Position numbers and translations under genes: made by a program. Source: Chromatiales bacterium (GTDB lineage Bacteria; Pseudomonadota; Gammaproteobacteria; JACCXJ01). Taken from it: DNA of 58,780 nt. The DNA lies in assembly GCA_043673815.1 (NCBI GenBank), contig JBIMKD010000236.1, forward strand, positions 1-58,780. The letters are read 5' to 3'. Positions 38,282-49,348 of the stretch are shown piece by piece (position 1 is the stretch's first letter; every line of letters begins with the position of its first letter). The notes beneath the pieces are model-generated. The model was not told the DNA's origin, searched no databases, and saw only the letters and a program-made list of their open reading frames with translations.

Positions 38282-39448
38282 ATGGAAAAACCACTCATGC
38301 CGAGCTATCGGCGCTTGCCTGTCGCGTTCGTGCGCGGTCAAGGCGCATGGCTTTGGGATGACCAGGAGCGCCGCTATTTGGACGCCGTGAGCGGGATCGC
38401 GGTCTGCGGGCTTGGCCATGCCCACCCGGCCGTCGCGCAGGCCGTGGCCGAGCAGTCTCTAGCGCTCGTGCATACCTCGAACCTGTACCGCGTGCCCCTA
38501 CAGGAGAGCCTCGGCGCGCGCCTGACGCAATTATCGGGGATGGATAACGCGTTTTTTTGCAACTCCGGGGCGGAAGCCAACGAAGCGGCCATCAAGATCG
38601 CGCGGCTCTTGGGTCACGAGCGGGGGATCGATGCGCCGGCGATCGTGGTCATGGAAGGCGCGTTTCACGGGCGGACCTTGGCGACCCTCAGCGCTACGGC
38701 GAATCGCAAACTGCAGCGAGGATTCGAGCCCCTGGTGCAAGGGTTCGTGCGCGTGCCTTACGACCATCCCGAGGCGCTTGAGCAGGCCGCCTCCCAGCGC
38801 CGCGATGTCGTCGCCGTGTTGCTGGAACCCCTCCAGGGCGAAGCGGGCGTGCTCGTGCCGGCTCCGGGCTATTTAGCCGCAGTGCGCTCGATTTGCGACC
38901 GGCACGGCTGGCTGATGATGCTGGACGAGGTGCAGACCGGTCTTGGGCGCACCGGGGCGTGGTTTGCCTATCAGCACGAGGGTATCACCCCGGATGTGCT
39001 GACGCTCGCCAAGAGCTTGGGCAACGGCGTACCGATCGGCGCCTGCCTGGCGCGCGGTCAGGCCGCGGAGTTGATCCAACCGGGGATGCACGCCGCGACC
39101 TTTGGCGGCAATCCGCTCGCCTGCCGGGCGGCGCTCGCGGTCCTTGCTACGCTGGAGCAAGCAGGGCTCGTTAAGCGCGCAGCGCAGCTTGGGCGGCGCA
39201 TCCTGGATGGCTTAGGAGATGTCCTTCACGGTTGTGGCCACATTAAGGATATTCGCGGGAAGGGACTCATGATCGGCATCGAGCTGACACGGCCATGCAG
39301 CGAGCTGGTGGACCGCGCCTTAAACGAAGGGTTGCTGATCAATGTCACGGCCGACACGGTGGTGCGCCTCCTCCCGCCCCTCGTGATGAGCGACGCCGAG
39401 GCGGCCGAGCTGGTGCACAAGCTCGGGGCATTAATTAAGGCATTCTAG
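38282..39448 (+). CDS. argD: Acetylornithine aminotransferase
   Basis: LMPSYRRLPVAFVRGQGAWLWDD..., FCNSGAEANEAAIK and DEVQTGLGRTG are class III aminotransferase motifs. The 30-codon upstream extension in ORF 38192 is rejected. Confidence 0.93.
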   Translation: MEKPLMPSYRRLPVAFVRGQGAWLWDDQERRYLDAVSGIAVCGLGHAHPAVAQAVAEQSLALVHTSNLYRVPLQESLGARLTQLSGMDNAFFCNSGAEANEAAIKIARLLGHERGIDAPAIVVMEGAFHGRTLATLSATANRKLQRGFEPLVQGFVRVPYDHPEALEQAASQRRDVVAVLLEPLQGEAGVLVPAPGYLAAVRSICDRHGWLMMLDEVQTGLGRTGAWFAYQHEGITPDVLTLAKSLGNGVPIGACLARGQAAELIQPGMHAATFGGNPLACRAALAVLATLEQAGLVKRAAQLGRRILDGLGDVLHGCGHIKDIRGKGLMIGIELTRPCSELVDRALNEGLLINVTADTVVRLLPPLVMSDAEAAELVHKLGALIKAF

Positions 39449-39457
39449 CAGCAACGC

Positions 39458-40369
39458 GTGAGTACGCGCAGGCCACGGCATTTCTTAAGCTTGGCGGACC
39501 TCACGCCGGCCGAGCTCTTGCGCCTCATCGATCGCGGTATCGAATTGAAAGCGATGCGCCGCGCGCGGGAGATCCATGAACCGCTCAAGAGCCGCGTGCT
39601 CGCGATGGTTTACGAGAAGTCCTCGACGCGCACGCGCGTCTCCTTCGAGACCGCCATGATCCAGCTCGGGGGCGCGGCCATCTTTTTATCCGCGCACGAC
39701 ACGCAACTCGGGCGCGGGGAGCCGGTCGAGGACATGGCGCGGGTATTATCACGGATGGCGGACGCAATCATGGTCCGCACCTTCGATCACGATGACCTCC
39801 GGCGCCTGGCGGCGTATTCGGAAGTGCCGGTCATCAACGGTTTGACCGATCGCTATCACCCCTGCCAACTGTTGGCGGATATCCAAACCTTCGTCGAGCA
39901 CCGCGGCCCGATCGCGGGTAAAACCGTCGCCTGGATCGGCGACGGCAACAATATGTGCCACAGCTATATCGAGGCTGCCGGGCTGTATGGATTTACGCTC
40001 CGGATCGCTTGTCCGCCCGGCTACTGGCCGCGGGAAGAGGTTGGAGACGCGATAGCGAGCGTGGTGCGCCGCTGCGATCGGCCGCAAGAAGCGGTTCGCG
40101 GCGCGGATCTCGTGGTCACCGATGTCTGGGCCAGCATGGGGCAAGAACAAGAAAGCCACGCGCGGCGCGAGGTTTTTAGGCGCTTTCAGGTAGATGAGAA
40201 TTTGCTGTCGCTCGCAAAACCGAACGCCCTTTTCATGCACTGCCTGCCCGCGCACCGCGGCGAGGAGGTCAGCGCCGGGGTGATCGATGGCCCCCACAGC
40301 GTCGTCTGGGATGAGGCCGAGAACCGTTTGCACGCGCAGAAGGCGCTGCTCGAGTTTTTACTGGACTGA
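39458..40369 (+). CDS. argF: Ornithine carbamoyltransferase
   Basis: STRTR carbamoyl-phosphate motif, HPCQ, HCLPA. GTG start. Confidence 0.95.
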   Translation: MSTRRPRHFLSLADLTPAELLRLIDRGIELKAMRRAREIHEPLKSRVLAMVYEKSSTRTRVSFETAMIQLGGAAIFLSAHDTQLGRGEPVEDMARVLSRMADAIMVRTFDHDDLRRLAAYSEVPVINGLTDRYHPCQLLADIQTFVEHRGPIAGKTVAWIGDGNNMCHSYIEAAGLYGFTLRIACPPGYWPREEVGDAIASVVRRCDRPQEAVRGADLVVTDVWASMGQEQESHARREVFRRFQVDENLLSLAKPNALFMHCLPAHRGEEVSAGVIDGPHSVVWDEAENRLHAQKALLEFLLD

Positions 40370-40421
40370 GCACCTCCGGCGTCGAGTCAACCCATGGTCG
40401 CCTTGAGGATGTAGAACCCCG

Positions 40422-41183
40422 GTGTTGTTCTTAATAAGCAACGATGACGGTTACCAGGCGCCGGGGATCGCTTGCCTTGCCCAAGCGCTTGCGGCGCTCG
40501 GAGAGGTAACCGTGGTTGCGCCGGATCGCAATCGCAGCGGCGCAAGTAACTCCTTGACTCTCGAAAAACCGCTTCGGGCCGGACGCGCCGAGAACGGTTT
40601 CATCTATGTTGACGGCACCCCGACGGATTGCGTGCACCTTGCCATCACCGGCTTGCTCGAGCGCGTACCCGACATGGTGTTAGGCGGGATCAACGCCGGG
40701 GCTAATCTCGGAGATGATGTACTCTATTCGGGCACCGTCGCCGTGGCGATCGAGGGGCGTTTCCTGGGGTTACCTGCGATGGCGGTTTCCTTGGCCGGCA
40801 GCCAAGCGGTGCATTACGAAACCGCCGCCCGGATCGCAAGCTTACTGGTCAAAGAGATCGGCCACCGGCCTTTACCCGCGGATACGATCTTGAATATCAA
40901 TGTCCCCGACCGCCCGTGGAACGAGCTTCGGGGATTGGCGGCCACCCGTCTTGGCCGGCGGCATAAATCGGAACCGGTGGTGCAGGCGACGGACCCGCGT
41001 GGGCGGCCGATTTATTGGGTGGGACCGTCCGGCCCGGAGGAGGATGCGGGGGTGGGAACCGATTTTCATGCCGTCAGGAGCGGGTATGTATCGATCACCC
41101 CGCTGCAAGTCGATATGACCCATTACCGGGCCTTGGATACGGTGTCGCGATGGCTCGAGGCCTTGCGCGTGCATGAAGGCTGA
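40422..41183 (+). CDS. surE: 5'/3'-nucleotidase SurE
   Basis: [13 protein letters not shown]...NRSGASNS...GTPTDC. Confidence 0.95.
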   Translation: MLFLISNDDGYQAPGIACLAQALAALGEVTVVAPDRNRSGASNSLTLEKPLRAGRAENGFIYVDGTPTDCVHLAITGLLERVPDMVLGGINAGANLGDDVLYSGTVAVAIEGRFLGLPAMAVSLAGSQAVHYETAARIASLLVKEIGHRPLPADTILNINVPDRPWNELRGLAATRLGRRHKSEPVVQATDPRGRPIYWVGPSGPEEDAGVGTDFHAVRSGYVSITPLQVDMTHYRALDTVSRWLEALRVHEG

Positions 41184-41832
41184 TCACCGCGGCATCGGTC
41201 TAACGTCCCAGCGCGCCCGCGATCGCTTGATGCGGGAATTGCGGGAGATGGGGATCGGATCACGCGAGGTGCTGCACGCCATGCGTACGGTACCGCGGCA
41301 TCTTTTTGTGGACGAGGCCCTCGCGGGCCGCGCGTACCAGAATACGGCCTTGCCCATCGGTTACGGCCAGACCATTTCGCAACCCTACATCGTGGCGCGC
41401 ATGACCGAGGCGTTATTTGTGAGCGGCGCGATGGATAAGATTTTGGAAATCGGGGCGGGCACCGGGTACCAGTCCGCGGTCCTGGCCCAATTCGCCAAAT
41501 CGGTCCATAGCATCGAGCGCATCGGCGCGCTGGCGGCGCGGTTGCGGGAGCGTTTGGCGGCTTTGCATTATCGTACCGTCCGCGTCAAACACGGAGACGG
41601 CCGCATCGGCTGGCAGGATTACGCGCCCTATGATGCAATCCTGATCGCCGCCGCCGTCGACAGCGTCCCCCCGACGCTACTCGAGCAGCTTGCCATCGGC
41701 GGCCGCATCGTCGCGCCGGTGGGCGAGAGCGGCTCGCAGTGGCTGGTTTTGGTGACGCGCTATCCCGAACACTTCGAGGAGAAGCCCCTCGAGGAGGTGC
41801 GGTTCGTGCCACTCATAGCAGGACTGGGATAG
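41173..41832 (+). CDS. pcm: Protein-L-isoaspartate O-methyltransferase
   Basis: [29 protein letters not shown]. Confidence 0.95.
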   Translation: MKADHRGIGLTSQRARDRLMRELREMGIGSREVLHAMRTVPRHLFVDEALAGRAYQNTALPIGYGQTISQPYIVARMTEALFVSGAMDKILEIGAGTGYQSAVLAQFAKSVHSIERIGALAARLRERLAALHYRTVRVKHGDGRIGWQDYAPYDAILIAAAVDSVPPTLLEQLAIGGRIVAPVGESGSQWLVLVTRYPEHFEEKPLEEVRFVPLIAGLG

Positions 41833-41839
41833 GACGGCG

Positions 41840-42601
41840 ATGCCCTTGCGGCTGGTGGTACAACTCATAGCGATCCTGGTGGCTGTCAGCCAGCTCAATG
41901 GCTGCGCGACGGCGAAAGCCCCGGTCGTAAGTGCTCGGACGGGCATCGATCGCATGCCGCCCGCGCGCGCAGCGCGCCAGCACGTGGTGGCGCGCGGAGA
42001 CACCCTCCTTTCAATCGCACGGCGTTACCGGCTCGATTACCGGGAGATTGCCCGCTGGAACCGGATCAAAGCCCCGTTCATCATCTACCCCGGCCAGCGT
42101 TTAGCTTTGCATCAGACGCAAGGTTCGGGATCCGCTCCCAGGCCGACGCCGAGGCTCGAGGTCCGGGCGAGCGCTCCTCGGGCCGAAATAAGCCCCCCAA
42201 TCCGCGGGCAGGCGCCGCGGCCCCCCGGATCGATTCAATGGCAATGGCCGGCGCGGGGCAAGCCGCTGGCGGCCAACACCGCGTCAAGCCGGCAAGGAGT
42301 GGATCTCTTGGGGCAACCTGGACAACCCATTTGGGCGGCGGCCGCGGGTGAAGTGGTCTATAGCGGCGATGGACTTGTCGGCTACGGAAAGCTTATCATC
42401 ATACGGCACGATGACGTGTATCTCAGCGCCTATGCTCACAACCGCCGTCTATTGGTCCACGAAGGTCATCGGGTCGCCCGTGGACAGCAAATCGCGGAGA
42501 TGGGGAATAGCGGGAGCAGGCAGGTCAAACTTTATTTCGAGATCAGGCGAAACGGACAGCCCGTACCGCCCTTGCGCTACCTACCGAAAGCAGGAATCTA
42601 G
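41840..42601 (+). CDS. nlpD: NlpD lipoprotein (LysM + M23 peptidase domains)
   Basis: Lipobox LNGC, LysM ([16 protein letters not shown]), M23 domain ([21 protein letters not shown]). Confidence 0.92.
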   Translation: MPLRLVVQLIAILVAVSQLNGCATAKAPVVSARTGIDRMPPARAARQHVVARGDTLLSIARRYRLDYREIARWNRIKAPFIIYPGQRLALHQTQGSGSAPRPTPRLEVRASAPRAEISPPIRGQAPRPPGSIQWQWPARGKPLAANTASSRQGVDLLGQPGQPIWAAAAGEVVYSGDGLVGYGKLIIIRHDDVYLSAYAHNRRLLVHEGHRVARGQQIAEMGNSGSRQVKLYFEIRRNGQPVPPLRYLPKAGI

Positions 42602-42678
42602 CGATTGTTCGGGGCTGCTCGGGCCGGCGGGCACGGGGACTAAAACACCGGGAGCGAGTTTTTTCAAGCCGTAGCGCC

Positions 42679-43659
42679 ATGAGTAAGATCACCGATCTCG
42701 ACACTGACTCGGGCGATGCGGAGTTGCATATGCTCGACGGAGAAGCCGAGGAGGGTATCGAGGACAAGCAGGCGGCTAGCTTGGACGTGGCGGTAGAACG
42801 TCCCGCCGAAATCTCGGAAGCCGAGATCGACGCCACCCGCTTGTACTTATGCGAGATTGGATACTCACCCCTGCTGACGGCCGTGGAAGAGGTCCGGCTC
42901 GCGCGCGCCGCGCGCCAAGGCGACAAGGGAAGCCGCAGGCGCATGATCGAGAGTAATCTGCGCTTGGTGGTCAAGATTGCGCGCCGATATTTGAATCGCG
43001 GCTTGGCCTTGCTGGATCTCATCGAGGAAGGCAATCTCGGTTTAATGCGCGCGGTAGAGAAGTTCGATCCGGAAAAAGGGTTCCGCTTCTCAACCTATGC
43101 CACCTGGTGGATCCGGCAGACCATAGAACGCGCCCTGATGAACCAGACCCGGACCATCCGCCTCCCGATCCATGTGGTCAAGGAAGTCAACCTGTATATG
43201 CGCGCGGCCCGGCAGTTGGCCCAGAGCTTGGATCGCGAGCCGACCGTCGAAGACGTAGCGCAGCTCCTGGATCGGCCGATTGCGGTCGTGCAAGAGGTCG
43301 CCGGTTTAATTGAGCGTGTCAGCTCGGCGGATGCACCGGCGGAGCGCGATTCCTCGCGGACGCTGCTCGAGACCATCCCGGACGAGCACAATATCGATCC
43401 CTCCTTGTTGCTGCAAGACAGCGACATGCACCGGCATCTTGAGGTATGGCTCTCGCACTTGAATGAGAAGCAGCGCGCCGTCGTGGAGCGCCGCTTCGGC
43501 CTCGGGGGAAGGGAGATCGCGACCTTGGAGCAGGTAGGTTACGAGATCGGCGTAACCCGGGAGCGCGTGCGCCAGATCCAGTTAGAAGCCTTGCGCAAAT
43601 TGCGTCACATGCTGGAAGGCGATGGCTACTCGGTAGATACGCTTTCCCCCGGGCCATGA
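42679..43659 (+). CDS. rpoS: RNA polymerase sigma factor RpoS
   Basis: Sigma-70 regions 1.2 to 4 ([59 protein letters not shown]). Canonical position after nlpD. Confidence 0.95.
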   Translation: MSKITDLDTDSGDAELHMLDGEAEEGIEDKQAASLDVAVERPAEISEAEIDATRLYLCEIGYSPLLTAVEEVRLARAARQGDKGSRRRMIESNLRLVVKIARRYLNRGLALLDLIEEGNLGLMRAVEKFDPEKGFRFSTYATWWIRQTIERALMNQTRTIRLPIHVVKEVNLYMRAARQLAQSLDREPTVEDVAQLLDRPIAVVQEVAGLIERVSSADAPAERDSSRTLLETIPDEHNIDPSLLLQDSDMHRHLEVWLSHLNEKQRAVVERRFGLGGREIATLEQVGYEIGVTRERVRQIQLEALRKLRHMLEGDGYSVDTLSPGP

Positions 43660-43708
43660 GAGCTTGTGAAAAAATCTGCTGCGCCGGGATTTCGCGTTCG
43701 CCCCCGGG

Positions 43709-44416
43709 TCAAGCTTCCGCCGCGGCCGCGTAACGCAAGACCAGCCGGAAAGGAAACAGGCGTTCTACGGTCCACCCCGGGGGCGCAATCGCGGCCAGCT
43801 CTCGAAACGTATAGCTGCGCTTGATCGAGATCAAGCCATCGTGCCGGATATAGGAATCGCGAAAAGCGACGGCGCTAAGGAACGCGAAACCGAGATAGGC
43901 GAGATCGCTGCGTCGCACGTCAACAAACAAGACTTCCCGGGCGCATAGCGCGGCCGCGCTTGCGAGCATTGGCGGCAACGCGGCGGTATCGAGGTGGTGC
44001 ACTAAGTGATTCGAGAACACGAAATCATACCGTTCCTGCTCTGCGCGGAGCTCGCTCACGTCGGCCACGCGGAATGTGACGCGCTCGGGCCAATCGAGCG
44101 TTTTCACGTATCGGTAGGCGCGCGCGTCGATGTCGATGCCGGTGATCGCTAGCCGCAAGCCATCGGCACAGGCCCAGCGGTGGAGAGCGCGGGCGATGTC
44201 ACCGCCGCCGAAACCGATATCGAGCAAGCTGTAGCTGCGCTCGGGGATACGCATGGCCGGCCGGATCCAGCGCTTGTAGACCGAACGAATCCTGGATAGG
44301 GCGGCGTTGACCGCCCTAAACTGCCGATAGGTGCGGAAGAGCCGCTCGCAATCGCACCGGGGATCGTCCATGATCTCGGTGGTTCGTGTGTCCCGCTGCG
44401 AGAGCAACCACGGCAT
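43709..44416 (-). CDS. Class I SAM-dependent methyltransferase
   Basis: LLDIGFGGGDIA motif I, YDFVFSNHLVHHL. Confidence 0.8.
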   Translation of the reverse strand: MPWLLSQRDTRTTEIMDDPRCDCERLFRTYRQFRAVNAALSRIRSVYKRWIRPAMRIPERSYSLLDIGFGGGDIARALHRWACADGLRLAITGIDIDARAYRYVKTLDWPERVTFRVADVSELRAEQERYDFVFSNHLVHHLDTAALPPMLASAAALCAREVLFVDVRRSDLAYLGFAFLSAVAFRDSYIRHDGLISIKRSYTFRELAAIAPPGWTVERLFPFRLVLRYAAAAEA

Positions 44417-44449
44417 GGTGAGTAGGGCGCGCTATATACTTAAATCCCA

Positions 44450-45109
44450 TCAGGATCCCGCGGCTTGCCTTTTCGGCAATTTGCCCGGCTTGTCTCCGGC
44501 GCCAGACTCACGCGCGATCTTGGCGATCCCGCGAATGCTCGCGGTTTTATAGCCCAAGGTCTCGGCCTTGGTGAGGTTTTTCGCGCCCTCGGCATCGGCG
44601 CCCAAGGCATAGTGCATGACCGATAAATTGAAATACGGGAGGGGGGACTCGGGGTCTAACTGCGCTGCTGCCTTTAGCAAGGATTCCGCCTTGTCGGAAT
44701 CCTGCAGCCACATCGCCGATACGCCCATGTTATTCAAGGCCATGACCTCCACATTGGAAGTGTAGAACCACTGGCTAAACCAGATTAAATGCCTCAGGGT
44801 GGGCCGCTTCCGGACCGTTTCCAGGAATCGCTCGAAGTGGGCCAACGCTTCGGAATGCTTCCCTTTGAGCTGCAGCCGTTGACCTTGGAAATAGTCCTTC
44901 CAATAAAATTGCTGCACGCGGCCGGGGATAAGAAGGATAACCGCGATCGCGATGAGTACGTAGATCTCAATATACTTTGTGGCCCCGTTGATCTGAACGA
45001 GGGTATATCCAATCCCGACCAGGATCCCGGTAACCACAAACAGCGCAAGGGCGTATAAGATTCGATTTTTTGTGGTGCGATTGGTTGGCACCAGTGTTGG
45101 CAACTGCAT
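44450..45109 (-). CDS. Membrane-anchored TPR-like protein
   Basis: Two N-terminal TM helices, then TPR-like repeats (ALNNMGVSAMWLQDSDKAESLLKAAAQLDP...). Confidence 0.6.
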   Translation of the reverse strand: MQLPTLVPTNRTTKNRILYALALFVVTGILVGIGYTLVQINGATKYIEIYVLIAIAVILLIPGRVQQFYWKDYFQGQRLQLKGKHSEALAHFERFLETVRKRPTLRHLIWFSQWFYTSNVEVMALNNMGVSAMWLQDSDKAESLLKAAAQLDPESPLPYFNLSVMHYALGADAEGAKNLTKAETLGYKTASIRGIAKIARESGAGDKPGKLPKRQAAGS

Positions 45110-45566
45110 GAACTTTCCTCTATGAATCGGCGCATCAAGTATAGATCCCGTGGAGCGCCCATTACCATAGGTTGTTCACCCCTAAACATCAACGGTCGGA
45201 CCGGGCGGCGGACTTGCGGCGCGGTTAACGCCGGGAACATTGATCTGTGCACGTACCCGCGTTGCGGATTAAACCGCTGCCGACCGGTAAAGTACACGGA
45301 CAGTCTTTTGGTTTAGCGCGCCACTCAATATACTGCGCATACCTTTCGCACGGACCCTCGCCTTCCTTGGGTCTTGAGGCGAGCGGTGGTGGGCGATCAA
45401 CGCGATGACCTCCTGAAGGCAGCGCTCAGGGTTGGGCGGCATGGCGGGGCCGTTGGACGGAGATCGACCCGTGACCGATAATGGCGGTGAGGTGAAGGCT
45501 AGCCAAGCGTATTTGAGATTTCGAGGCACCTGTCCCTCCGGCAGAGGCGCCGTCTTGCACCCTTGT

Positions 45567-45672
45567 CTCCCTCTCCCACAGGGAGAGGGTTGGGGTGAGG
45601 GGATCAGAATAATTGACGTATGTGTTTGATTGTATTCCCCTCATCCTAGCCTTCTCCCGGAGGGAGAAGGGA
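45567..45672. repeat. REPIN-like nested palindromic doublet (arm A 45567-45603, AT-rich spacer, arm B 45636-45672)
   Basis: Each arm contains its own hairpin (ctccctctccc-aca-gggagaggg). The arms are about 80% complementary to each other. An inverted near-identical copy lies at 50940-51052. Confidence 0.75.
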
Positions 45673-45724
45673 CTCCCGCACTGGTTGAAGTGGTTCTGTA
45701 CGACCTTGGATGCGTGAGAATCTA

Positions 45725-46570
45725 ATGACACAAGAGCACGCCGAGGGCAGCGTGTCGATCGGCGATGACGAAAAAATAATTTGGCAAGACACGATCCTGT
45801 TCATTGTCCTGCACGTGTTGGCGGCGTATACCATAGCCTTCCATTTTCAATGGCAATGGGTGGCGTTGGCCATCGCATCGTATTATGTTCGTATGTTTGC
45901 ATTGAGCGCCGGCTTTCACCGCTATTTTTCGCATCGCTCCTACAAAACCAGCCGTCAATTTGCGTTTTTCTTGGCGTTCCTGGGCGAATGCTCGCTGCAA
46001 AAGGGGGCGCTCTGGTGGGCAAGCCATCACCGCCACCACCACCGTTACTCCGATGAGCTCCAGGATGTCCATTCCCCGGTGCGTAAGGGGTTTTGGTGGT
46101 CACATATGGGATGGATCCTCTGCCGCAAGTACAAGGACACAAGGAGTGATCTGATTAAGGATTTTACTGTGCTGCCCGAGCTCAACTGGCTCAATGAGAA
46201 TACTTGGTTACCGGCAAACCTTTATATCGCCGCGCTCGTCTACGGGTTCGGATTGGAAGGTTTTTTATGGGGTTTCATCGTCGCCACCGTGTTCTTATGG
46301 CATGGCACCTTTTCGATCAATTCCCTAGTGCACGTGTGGGGAACGCAACCGTATCGGACCGGGGACAATTCCAGAAATAATGTCCTTGGAGCGATCCTGA
46401 CGCTGGGGGACGGATGGCACAACAACCACCATCACTACCCGCTCTCGGTTCGCCATGGTTTCCGCTGGTGGCAGTTTGATCCTTCCTACTACGCATTGTG
46501 CCTGCTCGAGCGGCTGGGGGTGGTCTGGGATCTTAGACGGCCCGATCTCGCCCGTGTGACCCAGCCATAA
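45725..46570 (+). CDS. Membrane acyl-CoA/acyl-lipid delta-9-type fatty acid desaturase
   Basis: Three His boxes: HRYFSHRS, HHRHHHRYSD, HNNHHHY. Confidence 0.9.
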   Translation: MTQEHAEGSVSIGDDEKIIWQDTILFIVLHVLAAYTIAFHFQWQWVALAIASYYVRMFALSAGFHRYFSHRSYKTSRQFAFFLAFLGECSLQKGALWWASHHRHHHRYSDELQDVHSPVRKGFWWSHMGWILCRKYKDTRSDLIKDFTVLPELNWLNENTWLPANLYIAALVYGFGLEGFLWGFIVATVFLWHGTFSINSLVHVWGTQPYRTGDNSRNNVLGAILTLGDGWHNNHHHYPLSVRHGFRWWQFDPSYYALCLLERLGVVWDLRRPDLARVTQP

Positions 46571-46627
46571 TCCCGCGACTTTTTGTCCCGTCGTTCAGGC
46601 TGCACACAACGCCGAAACTCTTTCCTT

Positions 46628-47257
46628 ATGCAGAATCAAATACGCGATCAAGCCCTGGCGCTTGCCGCTGTGTTCCAAGCCGCGCTCTTGGTGGATCGCT
46701 TGGCGAACACCGGCGCCGTTCCGAACGAGAACCTCAAGGCGTTGGTCCGGAGCTTATTCGAGTTTGACCCCCGGAGCACAGAGGAGGTCTTCGGCGGAGA
46801 GCGGGATTACCGCTTTGGATTGAGCCTCGGCATCAACGCACTCAAGGACATCTTCGATCGCAAGCGGCGCGGACCCAAGTACGGCGACGCAGTCACCTAT
46901 GTGATCGGGTTGTTGCACCTGGAGAATGTGTTGCGCAATAACAAGAGCATGTTGGATCTGCTCGGAACCCGCTTGCGCGCGGTGCAACAACAGATGCCTG
47001 CGGAGGGGTTTACCGACGATAGCACCCTGGCGGCGATTGCCAGCAGTTACCAAGAGACGCTGAGCACGCTTAAATTCCGAGTCCAGGTGCGCGGCGATGC
47101 GCGTTTTCTACGCGATCCGGAGGTCGCCAACAAGGTGCGGGCGGCGTTATTGGCGGGGGTGCGAGCGGCGCTCTTATGGCATCAAGTCGGCGGGCGGCGT
47201 TGGCAATTGCCTTTCTACCGCAAGCGCATCGTGGAGGCATTGCAAACGCTGGCGTGA
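46628..47257 (+). CDS. hflD: HflD (high frequency of lysogenization protein D family)
   Basis: ALALAAVFQAALLVDRLANTG...LEN... is the DUF489/HflD pattern. ATG at 46628. Confidence 0.8.
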   Translation: MQNQIRDQALALAAVFQAALLVDRLANTGAVPNENLKALVRSLFEFDPRSTEEVFGGERDYRFGLSLGINALKDIFDRKRRGPKYGDAVTYVIGLLHLENVLRNNKSMLDLLGTRLRAVQQQMPAEGFTDDSTLAAIASSYQETLSTLKFRVQVRGDARFLRDPEVANKVRAALLAGVRAALLWHQVGGRRWQLPFYRKRIVEALQTLA

Positions 47258-47275
47258 GATGTAGATCCTGCCCCT

Positions 47276-49204
47276 TTAATCCTTTAATTCCAGGACTTTC
47301 AGGTGGCACTCGACCGCTTCCGACCGCAGCGTCTCGATCGCTTCGCCGGCGGAAGGATCGTCATAGGTCATGGTAGAGAATTCCCCGATGAAGTTCTCCT
47401 CCACAGCGTCCAGGCACTCCTTAGTGACACAGGCGCAGCTCTGCTCCTGGTAATCCTGGAAAACGTTCAGCGCGGAGCGGTTGGGCTCGGTGCTGGCCAT
47501 CTCTGTCGCCGTTCTCGCCGAAGCCGAAGCCGTCGCGGTCGGCGATAGCCCGCAGCCGAACTGTATATTCATCCGGTTCAAAAACTGCGGCCGGGCATCG
47601 CTGCGCCAGAATACCTTCGTCGACTGCTCGGCGTTGGGCATGGCGTGACTGCGACAAAGGTCTTCGTAGATCAGCGAACGCAACGAGTTAAACTGCTCGA
47701 AAGTGCCGAAGGTGAGAGTCGGATGGCTAATGTGACAGCTCCGACAGGTAGGCGCCACAACGCGCCGATAAAGCTGTTGGGCGTTCCTCGTCTGCTTCCA
47801 GCCCCCTGGGATGAAATCGTCGTTGAAGAACCCCTGGTTGAACGGCACTCCATGCCAGCCGCTCATTACCTCAGCCGCCGCCCCGCTTAAGTTGTTTCCC
47901 AGACGGGACAAAAACACCATCCGGTTCAGATGCCAGAACACGTTGATATCCTGTAACGCCCGGGATAGAGGATTTTCGGGGTCCGAGCTGTAAAACCGGA
48001 AGGCACTTAGGTCAAACGGTAATAGGAAAGCGTCATGAACTTGATTCTTTGTACACAGGGCGGGAATCCCCTCGCATCTTTTGAATACGTAACGACTCCC
48101 CGAGCCATGGCAAACGAGGCAGTTACCCGGAATGAACTTGTTAAACTGTTGGTTGTCAAGAGGGGCTTCGAAGGCTAGCCTCGGATTCACGGGATCGTTA
48201 TCGTAGACGACGAAAAAGACATTATTTGGCGCACCCCGCATTTGATCTCGTTCGACCATGGCCACGGTCGCGAAAGGCTTCTGGGCCTTCAGCGCCTCGA
48301 ACGATTCCGCCATGTCGCCGAACCGAGGCGTCCCGTCGCGGCGCCCGTAATTATGAACGTAACAGGCCCGTTCTTGGGTGCAGGTGTTCCAAAGGCAGTG
48401 CATTTCCCGCCCTATCCCGAGATCACCGCGGTTAAAGTATTTAGCAACCAACTCGGTTCCGATCTGAAGGTTGCATTCGGGACGGACGTCGAAATAGCGG
48501 GCGCGGAAAGCCTTAAAAGTACGAAGCGCTTCGAATATCGAAGGGCCGTCACCCGTCGGATTAGTGCCAACGTCTTTGTAATAGTCTTCTGTTTCGACGC
48601 GTGAAGCCCGAGGCTTTCTATTCAGAAAGTCAGGGCTCTTACCGCCGGGTGGCGGATTGGCAGGGGTCGGATTCTTGTCACCCAGGATCAGCACCTCGAC
48701 ATGCCCTTTGACGCCGTCGTGGTCCCGCACCGGCAGCAAGGACTGGCTGGTGCTCCCATCGTGGTCGTTGCGTATCGCTCTGAAACGTACACGTGCCGTG
48801 CCGCCTTCGGGCCACCTGTCCTGCCCCTCGATAGACGGTTGGAATATCTGCATAGGTCCGACTTTCCAGCGGTAACGTGCCTGCCCGTTCACCATCGTTG
48901 CCGTGTTGCTCGAAACGGCTTTGGCCACTGCGATTTCCCACGATGCGGCGTCGTTCGAATCCCCGTTTCCGAAGTTAAACACATCGATTTCAACGACGCC
49001 TTCGGACCCGGGGAAATCGACCCAGCCTTCGAACACGAACGACGCATCTTGGGCCGGTTTCACATAGAAACCCTGTAGTCGCGGCGTCAAAACTAGGCCC
49101 TGGGGCAAGTCGGAGGCAGGGGCCCATGGCGCGGCCCAGATCGATGCACCGATCAAAACCGAGCTAACTACAATTAAAATCAAACACCGAGATTGTGGTT
49201 TCAT
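47276..49204 (-). CDS. Secreted 642-aa protein with two CXXCH heme-c motifs, otherwise uncharacterised
   Basis: Signal peptide MKPQSRCLILIVVSSVLIGASIWA. CLVCH and CRSCH motifs, with AMP (possible Met ligand) 40 residues after the second. Visibly lower GC than neighbouring genes. Confidence 0.75.
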   Translation of the reverse strand: MKPQSRCLILIVVSSVLIGASIWAAPWAPASDLPQGLVLTPRLQGFYVKPAQDASFVFEGWVDFPGSEGVVEIDVFNFGNGDSNDAASWEIAVAKAVSSNTATMVNGQARYRWKVGPMQIFQPSIEGQDRWPEGGTARVRFRAIRNDHDGSTSQSLLPVRDHDGVKGHVEVLILGDKNPTPANPPPGGKSPDFLNRKPRASRVETEDYYKDVGTNPTGDGPSIFEALRTFKAFRARYFDVRPECNLQIGTELVAKYFNRGDLGIGREMHCLWNTCTQERACYVHNYGRRDGTPRFGDMAESFEALKAQKPFATVAMVERDQMRGAPNNVFFVVYDNDPVNPRLAFEAPLDNQQFNKFIPGNCLVCHGSGSRYVFKRCEGIPALCTKNQVHDAFLLPFDLSAFRFYSSDPENPLSRALQDINVFWHLNRMVFLSRLGNNLSGAAAEVMSGWHGVPFNQGFFNDDFIPGGWKQTRNAQQLYRRVVAPTCRSCHISHPTLTFGTFEQFNSLRSLIYEDLCRSHAMPNAEQSTKVFWRSDARPQFLNRMNIQFGCGLSPTATASASARTATEMASTEPNRSALNVFQDYQEQSCACVTKECLDAVEENFIGEFSTMTYDDPSAGEAIETLRSEAVECHLKVLELKD

Positions 49205-49348
49205 AGAAACCTCCTCACATCACGTGACTTCCGCCCCGGGAGGCTGACCCCCGGTGGAGACGCGGGTTAGCCGTGATGGGGCCAGGGCCGCAGAATGGAG
49301 ATGTGGTCATTAACACTCAGCCATGAAGCACTCTAGCACACTCCATGT

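Noticed and set aside
45269-45529. 86-aa minus-strand ORF with a RelE-like-looking stretch (EVIALIAHHRSPQDP)
   Set aside because: It has a single short motif-like stretch, no partner antitoxin, and no start context.
45426-45731. Short ORFs encoding ...PLTPTLSLWERE... / ...SPFSLREKARMRG... (also at 50647-51226)
   Set aside because: These are translations of the REPIN-like palindromes, not genes.
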